Shown: piece by piece, positions 10,501 to 20,700 of the stretch | How the letters are laid out: each line of letters begins with the position of its first letter | Numbering within the stretch: position 1 is the first letter of the stretch | DNA from: Bacteroidetes bacterium UBA7692 | Lineage (GTDB): Bacteria > Bacteroidota > Bacteroidia > Chitinophagales > LD1 | Direction: 5' to 3' | Assembly (NCBI GenBank): GCA_002482725.1 | Contig: DLGO01000030.1 | Location: 2,373-64,481, forward strand | Length of the DNA: 62,109 nucleotides | Notes under the pieces: generated by a model | What the model was told of the DNA's origin: nothing | What the model saw: the letters and a program-made list of their open reading frames with translations, nothing else | The model's database searches: none | Translations under genes and position numbers: made by a program

Positions 10501-11010
10501 CCATATAAGGTCGCGGCAAGCCAAGGTCTTCCGACATTCGCACCTGGTCCGGGGCGGTACATTATAAGTGCCTGGGTTAATAAAGGTACAGTTACAGATT
10601 ATAGTTATTTAAGGCTAAAAGTAAGATTGACTAATTCAACTACTACAGAGGAGTTCAATATGCCAGCACTATCCTCCTCCCTGGCAGAAGAGATCGAAGG
10701 GTGGAGAAAGGTGGAATTTGAATTTAAAATTACCATGGAAGATCCGGAGGAGATAGAGGTTTTGTTTTCTATAAATAAGGAGTTCGAGTCGCATATGTAT
10801 CTTGATGATTTCAGGTTCATGCCGCAATACTCCACGATGAAGAGCTTTGTATATGATAAAACTTACAATAGGATCATGGCGGAATTGGATGAGAATAATT
10901 ATGCTACATTTTATGAGTACGATACCGAGGGTAATCTGATAAGGACAAAGAAAGAAACGGTTAGGGGAATATATACAACAGGAGAGTTCAGGAAAAACCT
11001 GAATAAGTAA
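4567..11010 (+). CDS. TcB/SpvB-like YD-repeat shell protein, 2147 aa, with C-terminal CBM-like jelly-roll
   Basis: Signal peptide. N-terminal MVDPFTGDFKYSIPL...PINLGY...ASWVGFGWNL.PGSVTR..RGLPDD (TcB/SpvB-like start). YD-type motifs (MDRWG, WNLNNIGLPTGG.IEVEYE, GGGHRVKSI, VGYSNVKV). C-terminus ELDENNYATFYEYDTEGNLIR. No RHS core or toxin domain. Confidence 0.75.
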   Translation: MSAFHQRLATALTVLSLILLILIVGIQDIIAGGATSQPEFSGSSGGGDMVDPFTGDFKYSIPLFYMGGYPINLGYNAGMGMEEDASWVGFGWNLNPGSVTRSMRGLPDDFDGDLVRKEFSLKPYRVKGYTSNVKVDVTVPIKGIDIGVSPTVNWTEAEDSYEGSIYGFGGGLGLSAGVAGVNAGFAWTANYNTAAGYNSSITPFLSASASGLSMGVSAGLLNRNSRTGQKTKGVNFSIGIAELVSGSISNYNIPGTALSTTVPMSLYDFSKTEYSKSVQVSVSAFGNGVGGGSQHFDNTTQLRTKDYYFSGQGNLYAASNYQRGRGFPKMADYNSVYMVETYDPQTQFLPQPQTTTDLFLVNNQEGGGVFKAERTDVGIFSVPYTSLESNQPIPEAGRDLDIKISFPIWGWGNVKKSYYNTSRKGPWKVAVGDKIFFKKTPASVEDIVSFKSLSDVTAQDPFFLSTIQNENLLIPDTGDFEVTAINESAPSTNWHSTQNIKRKEILSYLTAAEAQYTGRSKHIKFWASTPSGMEPRIESRVDTVRKPHHLSELQFVGNSGSRFVYGIPVYSFVQTNHSFSIKTNPSFINHATFPTLVNYMDVEDSKSNTSGKENLYMSNTLPAYATNYLLTEVLSDNYIDVNDNGCTDDDYGDFVKFEYQKRENAFKWRVPMGFSNNCAYLDKGLYSNEADDKASYSYGEKELWYIYSMESKDEIAFFHVSERLDGRPVTGTKGAINITTGAGDGQQKLDSIKIYSKYEWKSKGALAVPIKRVHFEYNYDLCITSPNSLDVHGGKLTLKALYFTYGKDYSGRDHKYTFDYKNSANYNESRMDRWGSYKGSPVDTFFPYNLPFNEFPYTYQHNVTNDAAGMWNLNNIGLPTGGNIEVEYESDAYAYVQDKKAMQMYKIAGFVSEIPSEDKKFYPTTINDNYNSSDLWDKEINAAGIAQNTNKSRKQSHIIIVEMPDNTYESYANAVEFFNRDRQVLFSIVAEMDNNRPERVNGFAKVASYGRILNEAISPMPSSIGLEPSKYMYIETVLQQDDNDEFSDAPSAMSYYTWQFALREYSKLVYNTENIDRWAEHSQGSNREIRMDHKGVYRIMEKKGIGRNILLRRSWVRLGAHQGFRYGGGHRVKSITMKDNWHTLTGTEQSHSYRQEYKYETEDGKCSGVASYEPSIGAEENPFKIIEHKFIEQFGHGPDKVKDVIGPICENYYPNPLVGYSNVKVISTPPSGNLIKGNGSVEYEFFTSKDFPFVVDKESKTSFKSKTSSKTDQTTFAIDLLSYPVAPPSSFTHNLFAGTQGYKIETNDFHGKMKRVLYKDENKFVLSSVNVAYSANNQFMALSKDGSIASHTFGKKTEVAIETYNETDISIKGYEAKTWKVFLIIPIPRTKETTVSDIKNISYFTNVKSVNRIAMPESVTFSENGVSYSVLNRLWDKETGNVIVKSVSTKFEDSLYQTSIPSYHTYDELGPSCENLRTSAMITIDEGSTTLGDNKFAQGDELLLTSHVEMWYKYTKAWVLNVNSSTATIVDQDGALIPDGEYKYLITRSGNRNRTSESMLELQSNKYPATTTGPHTIEVNGSKRILSASAIEYADDIKLPFAGYKTPIPEIQTLNTTKAEDAWDDFIADLNSLITIPNSPSVFSTLTSSARYLKYDGHRRFAWGLKGETSDLVHLPFSIAYLESIRYRNIKESMLTIKVMDGASLDFEHVTFSKIKGSGVNIDEFGIDNDEAMFLFAEDALGVKHLVRFDCPDINVLNQPEVCTDASLRNDCIILEDEQVVNPFVKGLLNNKLPQKAFVYRTDRHYAQNTSSDFDIRTDGYYNDFDSYWVPGTIKWQKGGSLNKWLNTNTSTIRHQSGAVLETVNAIDIPSSQLMGYADNQVVAQASPAAYNQIFYDGFEDYDVYSTVECATCEPQRKAAFPDPDKRVYNIDNLTSEVKHTGKYSLKFTTSYIDVPGEFLANFTAKYPVASSSVAGGTPYKVAASQGLPTFAPGPGRYIISAWVNKGTVTDYSYLRLKVRLTNSTTTEEFNMPALSSSLAEEIEGWRKVEFEFKITMEDPEEIEVLFSINKEFESHMYLDDFRFMPQYSTMKSFVYDKTYNRIMAELDENNYATFYEYDTEGNLIRTKKETVRGIYTTGEFRKNLNK

Positions 11011-11029
11011 CTACTGTAAAAAAATAGCA

Positions 11030-11692
11030 ATGGAGTTAAAATTAATGATGCTGATGCTATCTGCGATATCTGCAATAGGTATAACAGGAAAGGGTGCACA
11101 ACAAATAATGTCGGATATAAATAAGGTATACGGCAGGGCTGTGCCATATGAATTGACGATTATAATGGAGGAGGAAGGTGTGAAAGCTAAGCCAGGAGAT
11201 ACGATAAACATCAGAAGCAACGCCCGGAATTTTTATATGACAAATGGGCTTACTGAGGAGGTAATGACACGAGGAATATACCTTACTGTGAACCACGATC
11301 AAAAGAGCATGAGTATAGAGAAGATGGATTCCGGTGCCAGGGAATGGAAGACCACCTACATAGATGATTTTATAGCACAGTTAAAAGAGATTAAGCTGGA
11401 TACTTGCCTGCTTTACAATCCCAAACCTGATTCAATGATATTGGTGATGAGCTATATGGCTACCAACCTGTATCTGAGCTATTCGGACAGCAGCAAAAGG
11501 ATACATGGATATGAAATAGAATCTTTTAATATAAACAATATGAAAGAGAGAAGTTTGAGCAGGGTAATCTACGAGAAACAGGTATTCAGCAAACCATATA
11601 CAGAGAAGGATTTTCCTTTGGATGACTTTATAACCATAGGGAGGGATTCAATAAAGATCAATCAAAAATATAAAGGCTACTTCTTCAACTAA
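11030..11692 (+). CDS. LolA-like periplasmic carrier/chaperone protein
   Basis: Signal peptide, then a helix (AQQIMSDINKVY) and beta-strands (NFYM....EEVMTRGIYLTVNHDQKSMSIE) matching the LolA-fold pattern; 220 aa. Confidence 0.55.
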   Translation: MELKLMMLMLSAISAIGITGKGAQQIMSDINKVYGRAVPYELTIIMEEEGVKAKPGDTINIRSNARNFYMTNGLTEEVMTRGIYLTVNHDQKSMSIEKMDSGAREWKTTYIDDFIAQLKEIKLDTCLLYNPKPDSMILVMSYMATNLYLSYSDSSKRIHGYEIESFNINNMKERSLSRVIYEKQVFSKPYTEKDFPLDDFITIGRDSIKINQKYKGYFFN

Positions 11693-11706
11693 CTTAAAGC
11701 ACCGCT

Positions 11707-14700
11707 ATGCTACTAAGAATTCTTACTTTTTGTTTTTTATCTGCAATTGCAATGACGGTGATGGGACAGGAAGAAACTGTGACCGTGACATCTGCCAATT
11801 ATGTTACCTGGACGCCATGTACTACCCCCTGCACAGGCGAGGTTGCCTTCAATACTACAGGTTTTACCGTGCCTGGGATATCAGACAATGACGCAGTGGC
11901 TCCTTACCCATATGTATTATTTACACAAAAACGTGGAAGGGTAACATTATCAGTTGAGCTGAACAGGAATTATTTTACTGCGGATAACTTTACCGTATCT
12001 GTACCCATTAACATAGAATGGCTGGATGATGCTTTAGTTTTGCATACGGAAACAGGAACACTAACTGTCGAATACTTCAGCGACGGCACTGCCAACGTGC
12101 AGGGGATAGACCATTATATTGTAGAGGGTGCTGTGGCAATGGAGGTAGAAGTAGGTGCAGCAACTATTTTGACAGGGGGTGTTCCGCTGGGGTACACACC
12201 TGAAAATATACAGCTACATACGAGTATTGAAACGGTAAAGAACAAGTATATATTTCCTGATGCACCTACTGTGAGCAGTACACCTATATCAAGGACGGAT
12301 AAGGGCTACCTTTTTTCGTGGAGTACCTATAACCCTATATGGCCAAATACTACCTACCAGGTCGAATGGCTGCATACAAATGATGTGAACGCTACAAGCT
12401 GCGTATTTGAAGATAACTCATCCAGGGTGCAGGTTGATGGTACGGCTTTCCTGCTACCGGTGATATACGGAGAGGGTAAACTGATCGCCCGGGTGAGGGC
12501 AGTAGGCTACGACCCCACTGATCCTAAAAGATTAGTTTACTCAGATTGGAGTGTGCCGGATGTAACTAACAATCAGGATGGATGTTACCTGATAACATCC
12601 GGGAATGCTTTTGAACCAGGTATGAACTGGGACTATAGCGTAGCATTTGACGATAATGGTAAGACTACCGAAGCGATAAGCTACTTTGACGGAACAATGC
12701 GCAACCGGCAGAATATCACCAGGGTAAACTCAGAGGATAAGAAGACATTGGTACAGTCTACGATATATGATTATTTCGGCAGGCCTGCTATACAAACCCT
12801 GCCTGCCATGGACCTGGACGAGAGTACAGAACACAAGCTGGAATTTAAGGATAAGTTCAACAGGCCTGAAGAGAATTCGTCTGTGGAGTATACCTTCAGG
12901 AATTTTGATGGTGATGAAAGCACCAGCCTGTGCGGGGAAAAGAAAGAAGGCGAAATGCACCCCGACTATGGAACCGACAGGTATTATACGGATAATACAA
13001 TAGCAGGCAATGAGAACCTGCCCCAGTCTTTCCGCTTCCCTTTCAGCAGGACAACATTTGAAAAGAGCCCGCTGAACAGGCCTGAGTTAAGCACCCTGCC
13101 AGGCAGGGACCATACCATCAACTCAGGAAGGACCACAAAATACCTGCGTGCAAGCGCAGCGGGTTCCCCATTAAGAAGGCTATTTGGTGATGAACAGCTT
13201 GGGTCCCTGGATAAATATTATGTTGAAGGGGTGATAGATGCCAATAAAACAACTTACTTAAGCTATAAAGATGAAAACGGTAGGGTTGTGGCTACATCCA
13301 TAGCAGGAGAACCAGCTACAACAGCCGTATCAACTGCCCCGGACGGTGAAGCATTCATGAATGCTATAACGGTAAAGAGCGACATTATAAGTGAGTACGG
13401 CTCTGCTACCATAGAAACGGATGATTGCATTAGGCTTCACCAATCGGTCTACCTGCCATCAGAAACGGACTATAATCTGGTATATAACTTAAATGAAACA
13501 GAATATTCGGATCTGGCATGTGTGCCTGATTTTTGCTACAGGTGCAAGTATAAGCTGAACTTCAGCATAAAAAATGGCTGTGGAGAAGAGCTTATTACTA
13601 ATGAGAATACGCTGAACCAAAGCATAGGCACATGGGATACTACCTGCCTTACAGGTGAAGAGCGCGTGAATTTTGATCCGGAGCCGATAGACATATCACT
13701 GCACCTGACAAGTGGCCGGTACATGATAACCAAAAGGCTATGTATCGATAACTCAGCTGTGGAGCAGTATACCGACCATTACGTAAAGAACTATGAGTGC
13801 AATAATACGTACAACGACTATCTGGACAGCTATCTTGATAACCTGGCGGTTGAAGGCTGCTTCCCGGATTGTGCCAGCTGTGAGTCATTTGTAGGGCCAT
13901 ACAGCAAATACAATGAAGAAAACAGGCGCGATGAACCAGGATATATATACCTGACAACAGAGCAGTATAACAAAGTAATAGAGAGGTGCAGTACAGCCTG
14001 TGATAGGTTAGATGACATTGGCGACCGCTGCGAAGACCTGCTGGAAAAGATGAAGGCGCAAATGCGTGTAGGAGGACAATATGCCCCTAAGGATGCCAAC
14101 GGCGCACTGGACAAAAACAATGTGTACTCCGTGTACTATACCGGATCGGGAACTCCCAAGCTGAACATATTGTATAATGATGCCTCACTAAACTATATAA
14201 CCGAATCCGGGGATGGTAAGGTAGAAATTGATGGCGAGGATGTTGATGTACACGACCTGACACCTGAGCAGTTTGTGGAATTGATGGGAAAATACACTGA
14301 GTGGATTGATGAACTAGTAAAAGCACACCCAGAATACTGTAAGTATGAATATTGCGTGAACACCCCTGCTGTAAAGAACGGCTTGATGTATGGTGAGTTG
14401 ATGGAGCGCAGCTCAAAGTACCTTAATGCCAATAGCAAAGGTTACCTGAATCCAGTAGATAGCTATAACCCGGCAGGGCATACAGGCATTGGCAGCACTA
14501 TAGCAACCAATACTGCATCCAAAGATCCGTATGCATCTCAGACTACCACTATGGCTACAAAGATGAACAACATAAATGGCGCCTCTAAAACTCTATGGCA
14601 GGAGTCATTTGCAGCTGGCAACGGCAACCTGCAGCTGTCGAACAAGGGATGGGCACAATTCCGGGAGTATTACCTGAATGAGCGTGGATTGTTGCTTGAT

Positions 14701-17700
14701 GCTGAATTTAACACCCAGGTAAGCGGTAGTTCTACGTGCGCTACATGGGCCAATAATATAGAGGCACAGGGTACAGATTTTAAGGCTGTATTTGATTTCG
14801 GAACCACCATGGATGAAGTGCAAGCCGCGCAAGGTGCTACTGTAATCACCCCGGCAGGCGATTTTGACGAGCAAGCCGCTAGAAATGCAGCTAATAGTGC
14901 CAATAGCGCAAATAGCATAGAAAGCTGCCACGATTATATACCTTACTGGCAGGATAAGCTGGCTCCTTGTGGACTACCGGCTTATGACCTGGATATACTG
15001 GTACAGAACCTGGAGCAGATATGCATAGCGGGGTACGGGCAAAACGGCTCGCCATTTGGCAGCACCTATACAGGTGCGAAAAAGGGTATACTGCTAACGG
15101 GCTATACTAGCTTTGAGGATGCCATAGGCGGCAAGCTTAAACAGCTGAATATACCTTGGACAACGAATTGCAATCCCTATATGCTTAATAAGCCGGATGT
15201 GGGACTGAATACCGACTACGGCAGCATGGCGCCGTTGGATAAATGTGCCTGCGATTCTGTAAACATCTATGTGTACCAGTTTGCGCTGATGCATGCAAGT
15301 GACAGCGTGCCACCAACCAGAGTTGATCTTGATGAGTACCTGATGGCCCACATTGGAATGAAATTCGACAGCAGCCTGATACCAGCCTGCAGAAGTATGC
15401 GCGCAGCAGCTACGCCACTTATGAATTGCGAAGAACTGGCAAATCTGTACAGGCAATATCTGATAAGAGAAGGCCTGCCGCTAACAACGCCATTTATAAA
15501 GGCAAATATGGAGCGCTTTACTACTTATGTAAATCAAAAAAAGAATGCGCTGTATACAACAGAAGCAGTTACCACCAGGCTTGGGGAATGCAACGATTAT
15601 TTTTCAGGGACCAGACAGCCGTTCCTGATCAATGAAATGAAATTTGACTACTGGTACGATCGCTTTGTAGTGCAGTACCCGGTCCAGCCTGACCTGAGCA
15701 TTACCATCAACGCAACCGATTTTATAAATTATGTAGATACCAGTGAAACACCCGACTACAATGGCTATGGTATATCGCTTCTTACCATCGGTGAGGTGGG
15801 AGGCCTGTACCAAAAATATATATTGCCCACCAATATATTGCCGCTGGTTACAAACCTGAATACCACTGCAAAACTGTTTAATCTGGCGCTGGATGCAGCA
15901 CCCGCCCGTGTAGTGATGATAGATGCAGGCGACTCCATACCACCGGTGAACCCACCGGGTGCAGGAAACTGTTATCTGGACTCAATAGTAATATCGTACC
16001 ACAACTATGATCCCGAGCTGATATTGGAAGACAGTCTGATAAATATTTATACGCATAAGTCTGCGGTATACAATACCCACTTTGCAAACTATACGGAGTT
16101 CAGGATAAAGAACAAGACCAACAAGCAGCTGCTGATAAATTACAACATAACCGAAACTACGGGAATAGACACTATAGAGGTGGCACTGAGTGGTACTGGA
16201 ATGGTTGACACATTCCGCGGATGGGAAGGTTCGGATGCCATAACCATAGGCGGCAACACAGAGCCCGACATGGGGGCAGACTCTGTGAGGTTCAGGCTGA
16301 ATGTGGGTGTGTATATCGACAGCCTGTGGGCAGACTCTGTTTCTACACAGCGCTTTGTGGCACCGCTATCGGCTAACCCTACGTTATCCACCAACCTGAA
16401 CATATCTACAAGATACCACTGCGACAGTGTGCCCGGAGACTCGTATGGTATGGAGTTGCACAATTATGGCAGCATACCCATAGACTGGAGCGCAGTGAGC
16501 CAACTGACCCTGCTATACCCATCGGACGATGAGACAACCATTGGCAATCAGGTAAACCATGGCGAGGGCTTCTTTACCACCAGTATAAGCCCTGCACTTA
16601 AACATCTGGGTGTATACTCGCACCTGCCTATAGGAATACTGGTACCTTCAGACCCGCCAATTACGGACGACTCGCTGCTGGGCGCCAGCCCTGCGCTGCC
16701 TTATGATACGCTGTCGCCACCTGTGTCGGACTTTACCAACTTTGCGCGTACCTATAATGGCGGGGAAGTGTACTACAGCTTTGCTGCCCTGGATGGATTT
16801 GCCGGAGCGGCAAATGACACATTTGATGTGGACTATACTCCCATACAGTATGCCGAGATGATAAACCACTCGGAGCCATACTACAACCCGGGCGTAAGGC
16901 ATACCAATGAAGTTGCTACAGATGCCCTGCGCAGGTTCTTTAATGTGGCATTTGCACAAGGGCTGGTGGGCAGGCATATTACAGCGCTGAATGGCTACGG
17001 CGACTATTTTATAAATGAGCAGTTATACCCTAACTGGGAAGGCGGCTGCAACCCTATACTGACTATCCCTACGGTACCTGTAAAAACAGATAAGTACGAT
17101 ACAGTAAGCACCACTGCTTACTATGGCATGGATACGGTGGATATAGTAACTGTGGCCATGACGCGCATAGACAGCACCACCGATACGGTGACCATAGTAA
17201 TAAATATAACCACTACCGATACCCTGCACGATGTGCATGTGAGCATGATAGATACCGCCGCAGGCACCTATAACTTTGAACGTATAACGGCCGACACCAT
17301 TGTAGATGTGCTGCCCGGCACACTGACCATAGTGCACCGCTATGTGGCAAATACGGGTGGGCCCATGCAGGATGGAGATACTAGTAGTGTAGTGGTGGAA
17401 ATAACAGGTGACAGCATAGTGTACAGCAAGCAGCATACTGCCACCTACCAGGCATACCGCCACTACCAGAACCAACTGCAGCTGATGGTAAGCGATGATT
17501 GCGGGCATACCAATACATTTACCATAAACAAGACTGATACTACTATAGCGTGGGAAGATGTAGACAGCATATACAGGGTAATACCCGACACTACTACAGA
17601 CGGGCCACCTGTGCCGATGATAGTGCAGGAGAAGCAGTATATGATAAGCGCAACGGTAATACCACAACCCTCTCCACCGGATACTGTGATACCACTTGGG

Positions 17701-20700
17701 CCGCTGACACCTACACTGGTATTTAACGGGGGCAATGGGCTGGTAAGCACTACGGTATTTACAAGAAAAACCAGAACACCAATAGCGGTAACTCCTAAAG
17801 AAATAATGGTGCCTGCCCGCCTCACCTGCCCATCCAGTAGCTGCGTAAACTGTGCAAGGCTGGATACACTGAAAAAGGAGTTCAATGCGTTGCTGGTGAG
17901 CAAGGGGCAGAACCACGTGGTGGGCAACCAGGATATGTACTACCCGATATTTGCCGACTACCTGGAGCAGAAGCACAACCTCACCTTTCCCGTAGAAGAG
18001 CTGATGCTGTTTTCTGATACCTGCCAATCGGGCAGGGTGGTATTTGTGTACCCGCAACTGGAGCTGTTGAACGAGCTGATGGATACGGTGATAAGGAACT
18101 GGCCTGGGCGTATACCGGGCAGCGTGGTGCCGCATATAGATTTTGAAACAGGGGATGCCAGCCCTGCAGGCACTATATTTGAGTATGCAGAGATGGGGAA
18201 TTTTCCTGCCGGAGTATACACTGTGGCAGGTGCCATGGGCTACATGGGCGATATACTAGCCTGTACCCCTGCGTTTTCGCACTTCTGGTCGGAGCTGGAA
18301 GATGTGGCAGGGAACCAGATGAAGATAGTGCTGACGGGCTTTTTTGACGAGTGCGGTTCGGATATGGCTATGGCATTGGTAGGGCCTGCGGACTCTATAG
18401 ATGTGGACAGTATAACGGGTATAGGGCCACCGTACACACTGCAGAAGCTGGCGCTAGGCACAGAGCCGGGCGATACGCTGGATGTGGTGTATGGCCAGGC
18501 AATGTACATGGGTACGGGCCATGCCACGCACCGGGCAGGCTTTTTAGTGCCGGAGAGTGATATAGTGCTTGGCTCGTGGCAATACGACAGCACGCTGGTG
18601 ATATGCAGCAGGCGCCCCAGCCTAAACTACCCCGGCCTGATGGATGAGTGCCTGAATGCAGTACTGGGCCTGGCGAAGAGCAGTGCAATAGAGGACCTGG
18701 AGGCATTCCGCAGGGATTTGCGGAAAGACTTTATAGCAGCATACAAAAAGAAATGTAAGGCAGACGCGCGGGAGAGTGAGAAGCTGGAGACCGAGCACCA
18801 GCGCAGGGAATACCACTTTACACTGTATTATTATGACAGAGCGGGTAACCTAGTGAAGACCATACCGCCTGCGGGGGTAAACCTGTTGGCGGACAATGTA
18901 TCTACTGCCGTAAATACAGGCCATACTATGGCGAGTAAGTATACGTATGATAGTAGAGGAAAAATAAGGTGGAAAGGTGACCCTGATGGTGCCCGCATAA
19001 ATTACTTTCACGATCAGTTTGGCAGAATGGCAGCAAGCCAGACAGGAAGACAGGCTGACATTGAGGCTGGTTATGATGCATACTCTTATGTAATATTTGA
19101 TGACGCCGGCAGAGTAGGAGAAACTGGGCAGATAACGGTACCTGAAGAGTATGCGCTGACAGAAGAGATAGCATACAACAACGGGGACTTTGAGGACTGG
19201 ATGGCAATAGGGATTAAGAGCGAAATAACCCGTAACTATTACAAGCCTGAATGGCCTGTACCTTATAATCAGGATAATATGCGCAATAGAGTTGCTAGTG
19301 TAACCTATGCAGAGCATGATAATGACGGGCACTATGATCATGCCACGCATTACAGCTATGATGAGCATGGAATGGTAAAGCTGCTGGTGCAGGAATATCC
19401 TGCCCTTGAGAAGTTTGGCAGGAGATATTTTACGATAGAATATGAATATAATTTGGTAAGCAGTACTTCGAATAAAATAATTTATCAAAGAGACAGAGAA
19501 GATCAGTGGATGCACAAATTTAATTATGATGCACATGGACGACTGAAAAAGATAGAAACTAGCACAGATGGGAAAATTTGGTATGAAGATTTAGAGTATA
19601 ACTATTATGTAAATGGATTATTAAAGAGAGAAGAAATAGGCCATAATAAAGTACAAGGAACAGATTATGCTTATACCATACAAGGATTGCTCAAGGGAGT
19701 AAATAGCGGCAGCTTGAATCCAGAGTATGACCTTGGTCATGATGGGGAAAACATAGTCAGTAGACATGGATTTATAGGACGTGATGCATTTGGCTATAAT
19801 CTAGGGTACTACGCTTATGAGAATGGCAGTAACATATACACTGACTACCATCCAATAACACCTAATGCATTTGAGCCGGAAATGGAGGATGATTATCTGG
19901 ACAGTGCATTAATAGCGCCACAGTTTAATGGCAATATCAGTCGACAGACAACGGCACTGATGAAAACAGACCAAGCAGGTGCTGATGTAATCGGGCACAG
20001 CTATCGCTACGACTATGCAGGTAGGCTGGCGCGTTCGCACACCTACCTTCCAGGCTCTGCCACCATGCAAAGCGCTAACAGTTGGGCGGGCGAGGCTGTG
20101 ACAACAAAATATAAAGAACTGTACAACTATGATTTGAATGGCAATATAAGAAAGCTGAATAGGGCTGGTGATGTTGGCGCTATGGATGAACTGACATACG
20201 ATTATGCGTCAGGAACTAATAAATTAAGCAGGATAGACGATGTAGTGAGCAGTAGCGCCTACGCAATAGATATAGACGACCAGTCGGGAACCAATTACAA
20301 CTACGATGCAGATGGTAACTTAATTGGCGATGTGACGGAAGGTATCAGCAATATAAAATGGAGTTCTTATGGTAAAGTGAAGGATATAAATAGTATTAAT
20401 AATTTATACTACCGTTATGGGACCGGAGGGCAAAGAATAATGAAAATGGTTACATCATCTTTAGGCAATGAGTATACGATATATGTACATGACGCAAATG
20501 GAAATGTAATAGCGGTATATAGCGCTACATCCACAGAAGAAGACGAAGTATGGAATACAGTATTTAAACTAAAGGAGCGGCATATATATGGTTACTCGAA
20601 AGTAGGTATACTAAAGTCGGATATAGAACTTTCAAATAATTGTGCAGCAATACCATTGGAGCCGAGCAGCCCTGCTATAACAGATATAGACTATGAGGAG

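Noticed and set aside
17023-18135. 370-aa minus-strand ORF (and other long antisense ORFs) inside the RHS gene
   Set aside because: Shadow of the GC-richer sense codon usage (His/Tyr/Arg-rich, no motifs); fully overlaps a well-supported CDS.
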